DNA of 64,000 nt from an uncultured Planctomycetota bacterium (GTDB lineage Bacteria > Planctomycetota > PLA2 > JAEUHO01): NCBI GenBank assembly GCA_963752285.1, contig CAVVXN010000005.1, forward strand, positions 160,001 to 224,000, read 5' to 3'. The position numbers were made by a program, and so were the translations under genes. Under the pieces are notes generated by a model that searched no databases, had not been told where the DNA came from, and saw nothing but the letters and a program-made list of their open reading frames with translations. Shown piece by piece: positions 9,966 through 21,200 of the stretch. The stretch's first letter is position 1; each line of letters opens with the position of its first letter.

Positions 9966-11474
9966 CTAGGAGCCAGAGCCGAAGGTGTCGGCCTTGGGGG
10001 TAAAACCGGTCCCGTCCCGGTCCGCGCGCGCGTCGTCCTGGAGGCTCACCTCGTCGCGGCCGAGGGCGAACTGCACCCCGCGGACGACGTCGTCCTTCGC
10101 GCCGTCCTTGCCCTGGAGGGCGTCCTCGACCGAGCGGTAGAAGGCGAGGATCTGCTTCGACCAGGGCCCGTTGCCGACGCCGGGCACGATCTCCTCCTCG
10201 ACGAACGTCGCGCTCTTGTCGTCGCCCGTCTCGGTCAGGCACCACGCCAGCAGCGAGCGCTTCCCGCCGTTCTTCCACGCGCCGCGCCCGCCGACGGACT
10301 CCTTCTTCAGGAGCTTCTCGACCTCGCGGCACGTCTTGCCGTCCTTCCCGAAGTAGGCGAGGCCGATGATCGCGCCGTAGGACCCGAACGGCTCCTTGGC
10401 GGACTGGACGCGCTTCTCGAGGGCCTTTCGGTACCGGTCCTCGCCCGCGCCGCAGCGGCCGAGCGCGCGGTACAGGTGATTCGCGATGGCGTCGTCCTTC
10501 TCGTGGCCGGCCTGTTTCAAGATCGCGCTCGCGGACGCGGCCGACCCGATGTACTCCAGGCTCACGGCCGCGTTCGCGCGGAGCGTGTCCTCGCGCGAGT
10601 CGAGAAACCCCTCGATCGGCTCGCGCGCGGCCTCGAGCCCCGGCCGTCCGAGCACGCGCACGATGTCCACCGCCACGGGCACGTCCTTCTTCGACGTGTC
10701 GAGGAGCGCGACGAGCTGCGCGACGACGTCGCCCTTCTGATCGGCTTCGACGAGCGCGCGCAGCGAGGCGCGCCGGGAGATCGGGTCGGGGCCCTTCGCG
10801 ATGGCGAGCTGCTTCTCGATCCACGCCTGTCGCGCCGTGGGGTCTTCGGGCGCCGCGGGGACGACGGGAGGGCCGCCCGCGTCCGGGGCCCCGGGCGCCT
10901 CTCCGGGCGCCGGCGTCGCCGCGCCGCGCCGCGCGTGGTCTTCGGCGAGGGCCTTCTCCATCATCTCCTTGAGGGCCTTCACCGCCTGGTCGCCGCGACC
11001 GTAGGGCCAGAACTCCTTGCGGTAGATCAGCTTCCCGTCGGGATACGCGAAGAGGTGCTGCGGCGACACGATGTCGCCGTCGATCGAGAACCGGGCGCGC
11101 AGCTCCCCGAAGTCGTCGGCGCTGCCCTCCGCCGTGAGGAACGCGCACACGAACTTCCGGCTCAGCTCGACGATCGCCGGGTCCTTGTACGTGTGCTCCC
11201 TCAGCTCCTGCGCGGCGGGTTCGCGTCGCTCGCCCACCACGCTGTGGGAGTTGATGCAGATCATCAGCGGCTTGTCCTCGGCCTTCGCGGTGTCGAACGC
11301 GACGGGGAGGCTCGTGATGAAGGCGATCGCGGCGGGGGCGTCGTCGGCGGCGATCGTCGGCGAGGGGCGCGCCGCCCAGGGGAGGCAGAGGGCGAGGAGG
11401 ACGACGAGCGGCCGCGGCTGCCCCGCTCGTGCCCGCGATGCCGGTCCGCGCGCTCGGAGCTCGTCGTCTCGCAT
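9966..11474 (-). CDS. Exported protein with a CxxC-less thioredoxin-like domain and HEAT repeats
   Basis: Signal-like hydrophobic stretch; FITSLPVAFDTAKAEDKPLMI and PQHLFAYPDGK; HEAT-like LRANAAVSLEYIG and ANHLYRALGRCG. Confidence 0.75.
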   Translation of the reverse strand: MRDDELRARGPASRARAGQPRPLVVLLALCLPWAARPSPTIAADDAPAAIAFITSLPVAFDTAKAEDKPLMICINSHSVVGERREPAAQELREHTYKDPAIVELSRKFVCAFLTAEGSADDFGELRARFSIDGDIVSPQHLFAYPDGKLIYRKEFWPYGRGDQAVKALKEMMEKALAEDHARRGAATPAPGEAPGAPDAGGPPVVPAAPEDPTARQAWIEKQLAIAKGPDPISRRASLRALVEADQKGDVVAQLVALLDTSKKDVPVAVDIVRVLGRPGLEAAREPIEGFLDSREDTLRANAAVSLEYIGSAASASAILKQAGHEKDDAIANHLYRALGRCGAGEDRYRKALEKRVQSAKEPFGSYGAIIGLAYFGKDGKTCREVEKLLKKESVGGRGAWKNGGKRSLLAWCLTETGDDKSATFVEEEIVPGVGNGPWSKQILAFYRSVEDALQGKDGAKDDVVRGVQFALGRDEVSLQDDARADRDGTGFTPKADTFGSGS

Positions 11475-11544
11475 GGGGGCCTCCCCGGGGTCGTGGGTAC
11501 CCGGTCTCCGGGTCCACGACCCGCCCAGGGTACCGCGGCCGGCC

Positions 11545-12633
11545 TCAGCGGCGGCGCGGCGGCGTGTCGGGCGCCGGCGCCCCCCCGAGCGCGGCCTCGA
11601 GGGCGAGCTGCCCGCAGGCGGCCGAGATCTCGTCCCCCCGGCGGGTCCGGAGCGTCGCCGAGACGTGTCGGGCGCGGAGCCGCCCGAGGAAGCCGCGGGC
11701 GGCGAGCCCGGAGGGGGGACGGAGGTCTGGGCGGTGGCGCACCTGGTTCAAGGGGATCAGGTTGACGTGCAGGTGGCGCCCGCGAAGCAGGCGGCCCAGC
11801 GTCTCGGCGTGCTCCGCCCGGTCGTTCTCGCCCTCGATCAGGACGTACTCGATCGTCGCGTCGCGACCCGTCGCCCGCGCGTACCGCGTCGCCGCCTCGA
11901 CGAGCTCCTCGGTCCGACCCGGTCGGCTCGTCGGGACGAGGCGTCCCCGTGTCTCGTCGTCGGGCCCGTGGAGGGAGACGGCGAGGTTCGTGCCGAGGTC
12001 CGCCTCGCGCAGGCGGTCCACGAGCGCGCCCGTGGACGCCGTCGAGATGGTGATCCGCCGGGGCGAGAGGCCGAGCCCGCGCGGGTCCCGCCAGAGCGCG
12101 ACGGCCCGTCCCAGCGCCTCGAGGTTGAGCAGGGGTTCGCCCATGCCCATTACCACGACGTGCGTGGGGCGCTCGCCCCGCGCGTCCACGAACCGGAGCG
12201 GCTGCTCGACGATCTCGGCCACGGCCAGGTTCCGGACGAGGCCGCCGACCCCGGACGCGCAGAACACGCAGCCGATCGGGCAGCCGACCTGTGTGGAGAC
12301 GCAGACGGTCCGCCGGCGTCCTTCGGGGATCCACACGCTCTCGACGCGTCGGCGGTCCGTGAGCTCGACGAGGAGCTTCGTCGTCCCGTCCGCGGCTTCC
12401 TTCGCCTCGAGGACCCGCGTCGCCTCCGGGGTCACGACCTCCTCGAGCCGCAGGCGGAGCGCCGCGGGGAGCGCGCGGAGCGCGTCCACGCCTAGGGCCC
12501 CGTGCCGGTGCACGGCCTCGAACACCTGGTCGGTCCGGTAGCGCTCGGCGCCGAGGGCCGCCAGGATGCGCGCGAGCTCCGGGGGGAGGAGGCCCGCGAG
12601 GAAGGGGCGGTCGGGGGCGGGAACCGGGTCCAC
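11545..12633 (-). CDS. rlmN: Radical SAM 23S rRNA (A2503 C2)/tRNA methyltransferase
   Basis: CVSTQVGCPIGCVFCASG (CxxxCxxC), MGMGEPLLN, LAVSLH, IEYVLI, ISAACGQL. Confidence 0.93.
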   Translation of the reverse strand: MDPVPAPDRPFLAGLLPPELARILAALGAERYRTDQVFEAVHRHGALGVDALRALPAALRLRLEEVVTPEATRVLEAKEAADGTTKLLVELTDRRRVESVWIPEGRRRTVCVSTQVGCPIGCVFCASGVGGLVRNLAVAEIVEQPLRFVDARGERPTHVVVMGMGEPLLNLEALGRAVALWRDPRGLGLSPRRITISTASTGALVDRLREADLGTNLAVSLHGPDDETRGRLVPTSRPGRTEELVEAATRYARATGRDATIEYVLIEGENDRAEHAETLGRLLRGRHLHVNLIPLNQVRHRPDLRPPSGLAARGFLGRLRARHVSATLRTRRGDEISAACGQLALEAALGGAPAPDTPPRRR

Positions 12634-12688
12634 GAGGGAGGATCGTCGTCGGCGCGGAGGCTCGGGCCGGCCGGGCCGGCGCGCGGTG

Positions 12689-14002
12689 TCAGGACCCCGT
12701 CTTGCGTCGTTTCTGCTGGCCGCGGAGCGGGGTCCGTCCCTCGACCACGTCGCGGGTCACGCGGAAGACAGAGCCCGGCGGGCTGTCGGGGAGGTCGAAC
12801 ATCACCTCGAGCAGCAGCTCCTCGAGGATCGACCTCAGCGCGCGGACGCCCGTCTCGCGCTCGAGGGCCCGGTCGGCGATCGCGAGGAGCGCGTCGGGTT
12901 CCACCTCGAGCTCGGCGTTCTCCAGCGCGAACACCTGCTGGTACTGCCGCACGAGCGCGTTCTTCGGCTCCTGGAGCACGCGCACCATGTCCATCCGCGC
13001 GAGCGGGTCGAGGGTCGCGACCACGGGGAGCCGCCCGACGAACTCCGGGATCATCCCGAACTCGATCAGGTCGTGGGGCTGGACGAGGTGGAGGAGCGCC
13101 GCGCGCTCCTCGGCCTCGAGCCGCTGCGCGTCGCCCACGCCCCGGCCGAAGCCCATCAGGCTCCGCCCGGTGCGCCGCGCCACGATGTCCACGAGGCCCG
13201 AGAACGTGCCGCCGCAGATGAAGAGGATGTGCTCGGTGTCCACCTGGATGTACTGCTGCTCGGGGTGCTTCCGCCCGCCCTGGGGCGGGACGTTCGCGAT
13301 CGTGCCCTCCATGATCTTCAGGAGCGCCTGCTGCACGCCCTCGCCGCTCACGTCGCGGGTGATCGAGGGGTTCTGGGTCGTCCGGTTGATCTTGTCGATC
13401 TCGTCGATGTAGACGATCCCGAACTCGGCGCGCTCGCGGTTGAAGTCGGCGGCCTGGAGGAGCTTCAGGAGGATGTTCTCGACGTCCTCGCCGACGTAGC
13501 CCGCCTCGGTGAGCGTGGTGGCGTCGGCGATCGCGAAGGGGACGTCCAGGATGCGGGCCAGCGTGCGTGCGAGGAGGGTCTTCCCGCTCCCGGTCGGGCC
13601 CACCAGGAGGATGTTCGACTTGTCGAGCTCGACCTCGGAATCGACGCCGTAGACCGCACGCCGATAGTGGTTGTAGACCGCGACCGCGAGCGTCTTCTTC
13701 GCGCGGTCCTGGCCGACCACGTACTCGTCGAGGAACGACCGGATCTCGCGCGGGGTCTTGAGCGTCCCGCTCTCGCCGGCGAGCGCCGGCGGGCGGTCCT
13801 CCGTACGGCGCCCGGCGGGCCGGCGCGACCGGCGGACGGTCCGCCCGGCGCGCTTCTGCTCCTCGAGGAGGATCGTGTTGCAGAGCTCGACGCACTCGTT
13901 GCAGATGTTGATGCCCGGCGGGCCCGCGATCAGGCTCTCGACGGTGTGGCGGCTCTTGCCACAGAAGGTGCATTTCTCGATCGGCCCGCGCCGCGCCGTC
14001 AT
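12689..14002 (-). CDS. clpX: ATP-dependent Clp protease ATPase subunit ClpX
   Basis: C4 zinc finger (CTFC...CNEC), [42 protein letters not shown] docking loop. Confidence 0.97.
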   Translation of the reverse strand: MTARRGPIEKCTFCGKSRHTVESLIAGPPGINICNECVELCNTILLEEQKRAGRTVRRSRRPAGRRTEDRPPALAGESGTLKTPREIRSFLDEYVVGQDRAKKTLAVAVYNHYRRAVYGVDSEVELDKSNILLVGPTGSGKTLLARTLARILDVPFAIADATTLTEAGYVGEDVENILLKLLQAADFNRERAEFGIVYIDEIDKINRTTQNPSITRDVSGEGVQQALLKIMEGTIANVPPQGGRKHPEQQYIQVDTEHILFICGGTFSGLVDIVARRTGRSLMGFGRGVGDAQRLEAEERAALLHLVQPHDLIEFGMIPEFVGRLPVVATLDPLARMDMVRVLQEPKNALVRQYQQVFALENAELEVEPDALLAIADRALERETGVRALRSILEELLLEVMFDLPDSPPGSVFRVTRDVVEGRTPLRGQQKRRKTGS

Positions 14003-14138
14003 TCGTGCACTCCGTACCGGACCTTCGTCCGGCCCCCGTGCGCGGGGGTGCCGTCCGAGCCTCCCGAGTCTAGCCGCGGGGCCGGGGCGCGAGCCCCGGG
14101 TCTGGCAAGGATTCCATCGGCTCGAACCGCGCCCTGGT

Positions 14139-14798
14139 TCAGGCGGAGGCGGTCGCCGGTCCCTTCGCCATGGACTCGACGACCTCGTCGATCAGGCCGT
14201 ACTCCCGGGCCTCGGCGGCGGACAGGTACTTGTTTCGCTCCGTGTCGCGCTCGATCTCCTCGAGGGGCCGGCCGGTGTGACGGGCGAGGATCTGGTTCAG
14301 GACGGCCCGGTTCTCGAGGATCTCCTCCGCCTCGATCTCGATGTCGGCCGCGGTGCCCTGCACGCCGCCCCACGGCTGGTGGATCATGATCCGGGAGTTC
14401 GGCAGCGCGCGGCGCTTTCCTGGGGAGCCCGCGGCCAGGAGGATCGCGGCCATGCTCGCCGCGCTCCCGATGCACACGGTCTCGATGGGGCACGAGACGT
14501 ACTGCAACGTGTCGTAGATCGCGAGACCGGACGAGATCAGGCCGCCCGGGCTGTTGATGTAGAGGTGGACGTCACGGTTCCGGTCGCTCTTCTGGAGGTA
14601 GAGGAGCTGGCCGATCACGATGTTGGCGACGTCGTCGTTGATCGGCGTGCCGAGGAACACGATGCGATCCTCGAGCAGGCGGCTCCACAGGTCGTAGACG
14701 CGCTCTCCGCGCCCCGTGCGCTCCACGATGGTCGGATTCGGGATGAGCGCCGCCCGGGGGCCGGCCCGCGAGGGGTCCTCGAAGCTCGGATGGGTCAC
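14139..14798 (-). CDS. clpP: Clp protease proteolytic subunit (Ser-His-Asn triad variant)
   Basis: [48 protein letters not shown]. The GTG start at 14798 is approximate. Confidence 0.95.
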   Translation of the reverse strand: MTHPSFEDPSRAGPRAALIPNPTIVERTGRGERVYDLWSRLLEDRIVFLGTPINDDVANIVIGQLLYLQKSDRNRDVHLYINSPGGLISSGLAIYDTLQYVSCPIETVCIGSAASMAAILLAAGSPGKRRALPNSRIMIHQPWGGVQGTAADIEIEAEEILENRAVLNQILARHTGRPLEEIERDTERNKYLSAAEAREYGLIDEVVESMAKGPATASA

Positions 14799-14824
14799 GA
14801 TTCTGGCCTCCCGCGCCGACCGCG

Positions 14825-16279
14825 TCACGACGCGGACGCGTCCGCTTCGCCTTCCTTCGACTTCTTCTTGCTGGACTTCGGCCCGGACGACCTCTTCTTC
14901 GCGGGCTTCGCGCCTTGCTCCGGGGCGGCCGACGCCTCGGGGGGATCGACCTCCGTCACCTTCGCCTCCCGGTAGAGCAGCTCGCGGGTCTTCCGGTGCT
15001 TGATCTGCGTCTCGAGCTCCAGGAGCCCGCTCCCGTCGCGGAATGACGCGAGGACCTCCTCCTCGGGGCGCTGGTACACGCTCGCGATCTCCTGCACGGC
15101 CTGCGCCAGCTCGGACTCGGGGACCGACACGTCCTCCGCCTCGGCGATGCGGTCGAGGAGGAACCAGCGGCGCATGTCGTTCTCGACCGCCGCCTGCGCG
15201 TCGGTGCGGCCCGACTCGACCCGCTTCGCGATCTCCTCCTCGGGTACGCCCTCGACCTCGAGCTGCATCCGGAGCCGACGGGCCCACCGCTCGGTCTCCC
15301 GCTCGACGAACGGCTCCGGCAGCGAGATGTCGAGACCGGAGACGAGCTGGTCGAGAAGCCGAGCCTCGCCCGCCTGGTCGCGGTTCCGGGTCTTCACGCG
15401 ACGGATGCGCTTCTCGAGCTCCGCGCGCATCTCCGTCTCGTCGTCGTAGTCGTGGCGCTTCAGGAACCCCTCGTCCACCGGCGGGAGGGCGTAGCGCTTC
15501 ACCTCCTTCAGCTCGACCTCGAGGTGGAGCTCCTTCCCGCGGAGCTCCTCCCGCAGGTCGTCCGCGGCGACGTGGACCGTGGCCTCGGCCTTCGCGCCCG
15601 GCGCCTTCCCGAGCAGCGCGGCGTCGAGGGTCTCGACCACGAACCCGGCGAGCACGCCACGGCCCAGGGGGTAGTAGACGTTCTGGTCGTGCGCGACGAC
15701 GCTCTCGCCGTCCTTCGCCTCCCAGTCCACGATCGCGATGTCGCTCTTCTCGAGGGGCTCGCCTTCGCCGGCGGTCGTGAGCTTGGCGTCCCGGCGTCGG
15801 ATGGCGTCCACCGCCGCCTGGATCTCGGCCTCGGCCACCTCGACGCGCGGCACCTCGAGGGCGACCCCCTTGTACTCCGGCGTCTCGAACTCGGGCTTCA
15901 CGACGAGCTCGAGCTCGAACGAGAACGGGGCGTCCGGCTGGAGCTCGAGCGCCTCGACGTCCACGTGGGGCGCCTCGATCGGATCGACCTTCTTCTCCTC
16001 GAGGATCTGCTTGATCGCACCCTCGACGAGCTGCTCCTTGACCTCCCGGCCGAGGCTGGTCGCGAACCGCTTCTCGAGGAGGCGGCGAGGCGCGTGTCCC
16101 TTCCGAAACCCGGGGTACACGATCGACTCGTTGATCTCCTGGTAGCGCTTGTCGAAGGCCTCGCGCACGCGGTCGGGAGGGAGGGTGATCGCCACCTTCT
16201 TCCGACAGGGGCCGAGGCTCTCCACCTGGACGTCCATCGGCGGGGTCTCGACGGCAGGGGTTTCCGGGGGGCTGTCCAC
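14825..16279 (-). CDS. tig: Trigger factor
   Basis: PGFRKGHAP ribosome-binding signature, FKBP-like central region, position upstream of clpP-clpX. GTG at 16279 has GGAG 6 nt upstream; alternative ATG at 16237. Confidence 0.92.
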   Translation of the reverse strand: MDSPPETPAVETPPMDVQVESLGPCRKKVAITLPPDRVREAFDKRYQEINESIVYPGFRKGHAPRRLLEKRFATSLGREVKEQLVEGAIKQILEEKKVDPIEAPHVDVEALELQPDAPFSFELELVVKPEFETPEYKGVALEVPRVEVAEAEIQAAVDAIRRRDAKLTTAGEGEPLEKSDIAIVDWEAKDGESVVAHDQNVYYPLGRGVLAGFVVETLDAALLGKAPGAKAEATVHVAADDLREELRGKELHLEVELKEVKRYALPPVDEGFLKRHDYDDETEMRAELEKRIRRVKTRNRDQAGEARLLDQLVSGLDISLPEPFVERETERWARRLRMQLEVEGVPEEEIAKRVESGRTDAQAAVENDMRRWFLLDRIAEAEDVSVPESELAQAVQEIASVYQRPEEEVLASFRDGSGLLELETQIKHRKTRELLYREAKVTEVDPPEASAAPEQGAKPAKKRSSGPKSSKKKSKEGEADASAS

Positions 16280-16439
16280 GTCGTGCTCCGGCGCGGGGGT
16301 CCCGACGGCACCGCGCAAGCCTCAGAGCGTAGCCCGCCCTCCCGGCCCCCGAAGGGATCCCGCGGGCGCTTCTCCCGACCGGGAAGAGACGATCCCGACG
16401 TGTGCGGCGGCCCGGAGGAGACGTGACGGAGGGGGATCC

Positions 16440-16467
16440 TTGCACCGGGCTCGGTCGCCCGTACCAT
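16440..16467 (+). promoter_or_regulatory. Putative sigma70 promoter for rho (TTGCAC-N16-TACCAT)
   Basis: Good -35/-10 matches in an otherwise GC-rich intergenic region, ~350 nt upstream of the rho ATG. Confidence 0.5.
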
Positions 16468-16819
16468 GACGGCGGCTTGGAGGACTTCCGGGATGGGGCC
16501 CGGCGCGGCCATCGCGCCGCGTGCCCGTCCGGCGGCCGTGGCCTTCTCGGCCGCGACCCGAGTCGAGTGGTCCCGAACGACGCGCACGGTGCGTCGAGCG
16601 AGATGCGCGCGGAAGTCTCTCCAGGGGTGCCGGCCACGGGGGCCGCCATCCTGCCGTTGCTGAGTGACCCGGGCCCCGAGTGCACGTCCCCTCGCCGGGG
16701 ACCGCGAGGCCGTCGCCGTACGCGTCGGCCACGGGGTCGTAGCGATTCGAGGCCGGCGAACCGTGGAGCGGGCGCGACCCGCCGCCGGCCTGAACCCTCG
16801 TGCTCCCTAGGACCTCGAG

Positions 16820-18136
16820 ATGAACGACAACCGCACCCCGTCGGGTGGTCCGCCGGGTCGCCGCCGCCGCCGCCGTCGCGGAGGACGCGGCCGGGCCCGC
16901 CCCGTCGCGGTCGAGACCGCCCCCTACGACGACTCCGGCCTGCCGATGGGCTCGGCGTCCGACGAGGCCGCGCCGCCGCCGCCCAATCCCGATCGTCCGT
17001 TCGAGCCCCCGACGACGGCCGCCCTGTACGAGATGGGAGTGCTCGACGCGACACGCGACGGGCACGGGTTCCTGAGGAGCCCGTCCACGGGGTATGTGCC
17101 GAGCCTCGAGGACGCGTACGTTCCCCCCAGCCTCGTGCGCCAGTACGGCATGCGGGACGGCGCGATCGTCGATGGCGAGGTGGGCCCGCCCAAGCGCAAG
17201 GGGCAGAACCCGCAGCTGATCGTGCCGACGTGCATCGGTGGTGTGGCCCCGCACCTGTACCATCAGACGCCGAAGTGGGACGACCTCACCGTCGTAGACC
17301 CCGAGCAGCGCATCGACCTCGCGCAGGGGACCGACGACATCACGCTGCGGATCATCGACATGCTCAGCCCGATCGGGTTCGGGCAGCGCGGGCTCCTCGT
17401 GTCCCCGCCGCGCGCGGGCAAGACGATGATCCTGCAGAAGATCGCCCAGTCGGTGCAGAAGAGCTACCCCGACGCGTACCTCATCGTGCTCCTCGTGGAC
17501 GAGCGGCCCGAAGAGGCGACCGCCATGCGGCGCGCGACGAAGGGCGAGGTCGCCGTCTCGACGAACGACAAGCCCCCCGAGTCGCACGTCCGCGTGACCG
17601 AGATGGTGCTCAAGAAGGCGAAGCGCCTCGTCGAGGCCGGGCGCGACGTGGTCGTGCTGATGGACTCGTTGACCCGGCTCGGCCGCGCGTACAACCTGCT
17701 GCAGCGCGGCGGCGGCCGGACCCTGTCGGGCGGCATCGACTCGCGGACGCTCGAGCGGCCGAAGGCCTTCTTCGGCGCCGCGCGCAAGGTCGAGCACGGC
17801 GGCTCGCTCACGATCGTGGCGACGGCCCTGATCGACACCGGCTCCCGGATGGACCAGGTCATCTTCGAGGAGTTCAAGGGCACGGGCAACATGGAACTCG
17901 TGCTCGATCGCGACCTCGCCGAGCAGCGGATCTGGCCCGCCATCGACGTGAACAAGTCGGGTACGCGCAAGGAGGAGAAGCTCCTCCCGCCGTCGTTCCT
18001 GGAACGCGTCTACCTCCTGCGCCGGGCCCTCAACAAGGCGCGTCCCGTCGAGGCGATGCAGATCCTGATCGACCGGCTCGGGCAGTTCCCCACGAACGAG
18101 GACTTCCTCGGGAGCCTCCGCCCCCGCGGGGACTGA
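16820..18136 (+). CDS. rho: Transcription termination factor Rho
   Basis: [72 protein letters not shown]. Confidence 0.97.
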   Translation: MNDNRTPSGGPPGRRRRRRRGGRGRARPVAVETAPYDDSGLPMGSASDEAAPPPPNPDRPFEPPTTAALYEMGVLDATRDGHGFLRSPSTGYVPSLEDAYVPPSLVRQYGMRDGAIVDGEVGPPKRKGQNPQLIVPTCIGGVAPHLYHQTPKWDDLTVVDPEQRIDLAQGTDDITLRIIDMLSPIGFGQRGLLVSPPRAGKTMILQKIAQSVQKSYPDAYLIVLLVDERPEEATAMRRATKGEVAVSTNDKPPESHVRVTEMVLKKAKRLVEAGRDVVVLMDSLTRLGRAYNLLQRGGGRTLSGGIDSRTLERPKAFFGAARKVEHGGSLTIVATALIDTGSRMDQVIFEEFKGTGNMELVLDRDLAEQRIWPAIDVNKSGTRKEEKLLPPSFLERVYLLRRALNKARPVEAMQILIDRLGQFPTNEDFLGSLRPRGD

Positions 18137-18283
18137 ACCCCGGGGCCCGGGCGGACCCCCGGGGGTGCCCCCGGAGGTCGGACGCGGGCGGCGCCTCCCT
18201 CGGCCTCGGAGCGGACCCGCCTCCATGGGTCGCTACCATGCCGAGTCGTCCCCGCCGCCCCCCGCGCGGCCCATGAGGTGCCC

Positions 18284-21200
18284 ATGCATCGGATCGTCCT
18301 CGCCTGCCTCGCCTCCCTGCTCGTCCTCTGCCTCGCGCCGGGCGTGGCTTCGGCCGCCGACGCGCCGACCGACGGCCTGCGCTACCCCTCCCTCACCCCG
18401 GACGGCCAGACCGTGGTCTTCGCGTACCGCGGCGACATCTGGGTCGCGGCGGTGGACGGGAAGGGCCCCGTCCGCCGGCTCACCATCCACGAGGCGCAAG
18501 ACACGCTGCCCCGCGTGAGCCCGGACGGGAAGCTCGTCGCCTTCGCCTCGCAGCGCGGCGGCGGCTACGACGTCTACGTGGTGCCGATCGACGGCGGCGT
18601 GCCGCGCCAGGTCACCTTCCACGGCGGCGCCGAGGTGGACTGCGACTGGTCGCCGGACGGGAAGCGGCTCCTCATCATGGCCGCGCGCACGCCGAGCCTG
18701 GAGGGGATGGACCTGTACGAGGTGGACGTGTCGGGCGGGACGCCGCGTCCCGTGACGGAGGACGGCGGTCGCGAGGGCTCGTGGCATCCCGACGGGAAGC
18801 GCGTCGTGTACGCGCGCGGGTTCAACACGATCTACCAGGACGACTACCAGGGCGGCGCGAACTACGACCTCTACACCGTCCCCGAGCCGGGCGCGCTGCC
18901 CGAGCGCCTCACCGAGACGCCCGGGAACGAGCGCTACCCCTGCTACTCGGCCGACGGCAGCACCATCTACTTCGTCGCCGAGGAGCACGGCGTCTCCGGC
19001 TTCTACGCGATGCCGGCGAGCGGCGGGCCGCGCAAGCGCCTCACGTCGTTCCGCGAGGACGTTCTCCGCCCGGACCTCGGCTGGGACGGGCACACGGTGG
19101 TGTTCGAGATGGGGGGACGGCTCTGTGTGACGGACCTCGCGTCGCCGAAGCCCGAGGCGCGCGCGCTGCCGATCATCGTCCGCTCGGACGTGCGCCACAG
19201 CGGCGTGGTGGAGCGGCGCCTGACGTCCGGACCGGAGCAGCTCGACGTGAGCCCCGACGGAACCACGCTGGTGTTCTCGGTCCACGGCGACCTGTGGACG
19301 ATGCCGGCGAGCGGCGGGGAGGGTCGGCGCCTGACGTCGGGTCCCGAGAACGACGAGTGGCCGCGATACAGCCCGGACGGCCGCAAGATCGCGTACCAGT
19401 CCGACAAGTCGGGCAACAGCGACATCTGGCTCCTCGACCTCGCGACGGGCAAGAAGACACAGCTCACGGACCACAAGTCCGACGACTTCTTCCACGCCTG
19501 GTCTCCGGACGGCCGGCGGATCGTGTTCGCCTCGGAGCGCAGCGGGAACCGAGACATCTGGTCGCTCGAGATCGAGAGCGGGCGGCTCGAGCAGCTCACG
19601 AAGGACCCCGCCCCGGACGACGACCCGTCGGTCAGCCCGGACGGCCGGTGGGTCGCCTTCGACTCCGGGCGCGACGGCGCGCAGTCGATCTACGTCATGC
19701 CGATCGACGGAGGCGACGCGCGGCGCGTGTCGCAGGGAACGACCTTCTTCCAGGTCCCGTCCTTCTCGCCGAACGGCGCGATGCTGCTCTTCGAGGCCTA
19801 CAACCCCGCGACGGGCGACTCGGGCGGGCTCTACGTCGCCTCGGCGCGCGGCGGCCCCGAGATGCAGGTCACGCAGGAGGGGACCGGCGGCCGGTGGGAC
19901 CCGAAGGGCGGCTGGGTCTACTACACGGTTCGCGGGGACGAGGGCACGAAGGTCTACCGTCACCCCGCGCCGACGTCGATCGACATGGGCGAGCCGGTCC
20001 CCTTCGAGGGCCGCGTCGATGTGGAAGTCCACGAAGAGCTGGGCCAGCTCTTCGACGAGATCTGGCAGCACCTGAAGGACGGGTTCTACGACCCGCGCAT
20101 GCACGGCGTGGACTGGGACGCGATGCGCCGGAAGTACCGGCCGCTCGCGGTGGACGCCGAGATCAAGGACGAGTTCCAGAACGTCGTGCGCCAGATGCTC
20201 GCCGAGCTCAAGGCGAGCCACCTCGGGATCTCGGGCGGCGAGGACGACGAGGCCGAGGGCGTGCGCCCCGAGGTCGTCGAGACCGGGCAGCTCGGCATGG
20301 AGCTCGACGCCGAGCCGCAGCGCGAGGGCGGGTACCGGGTCGCGAGCGTGGTGCCGGGCGGTCCCGCCGACCAGACCGGGCTCCGCGTCGGCGACGTGGT
20401 GACGGGTCTCGCGGGCAAGACCCTGAACGAGTCCGCGAACCTCGACAAGATCCTCGCCGGCACGGTCCACCACGAGGTGCCAATCGTGTTCCGCCCCCTG
20501 ACGGCCACCGGCCTCGAGCAGGAGCGGAAGGACACGCTGACGCCCGCGTCCTGGCAGGACATGGGCAACCTCGTGTACCGGAACTGGGTCGTCAAGAACC
20601 AGCGGAAGGTGCACGACGAGACGAAGGGCCAGGTGGGGTACATCCACCTCCAGGCGATGAACGGTCAGAACCTGATGCGGTTCCAACAGGCCGTCGCGGC
20701 GTGGAACCGCGACCGGCGCGTGAAGGCGATGATCCTCGACGTTCGTGACAACGGCGGCGGGAACATCCACCAGCAGCTCATGGAGGTGCTGATGGCCCGG
20801 CCGTTCATGCAGCTCCAGGCGCGCGAGACGGGGCAGCGCGTGACCCAGCCGGCGCTCTACTGGGACAAGCCGGTCGTGCTGCTCGTGAACGAGCGCTCGT
20901 TCTCGGACGCCGAGGTGTTCCCGTACGCGTTCCAGACGGCGAAGCTCGGGAAGATCGTCGGCATGCCGACGGCGGGCGGCGTGATCGGCACGAACGACAT
21001 CACGCTGTCCGACGGCTCGACGCTCCGGATCCCGCGCGTCGGCTGGTGGGGGATGGACGGGAAGGAGCTCGAGGGCCACGGGGTCGTGCCCGACCTCGTG
21101 GTGCCCGAGACGCCCGAGGACCGCCGTCTTGGCCGCGATCCGCAGCTCGCGTCCGCGATCGGGGTCGTGAAGCGCGAGATCGGCCAGGAGAAGCCGGCAC

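Noticed and set aside
9536..10003. Short ORFs across the repeat region (9536..9922 -, 9602..10003 +, 9223..9894 +)
   Set aside because: They are translations of the DNA repeat, whose periods happen to be multiples of 3, and they overlap orn or the neighbouring gene with no coding evidence.
11545..12633. Radical SAM methyltransferase as the Cfr resistance gene
   Set aside because: It sits in a housekeeping context with no mobile features and has a typical RlmN motif set; a phylogeny would be needed to exclude Cfr formally.
18154..18179. GC hairpin after rho, and a similar one near 22300-22326, as intrinsic terminators
   Set aside because: There is no U-tract, and such stems arise easily by chance at this GC content.
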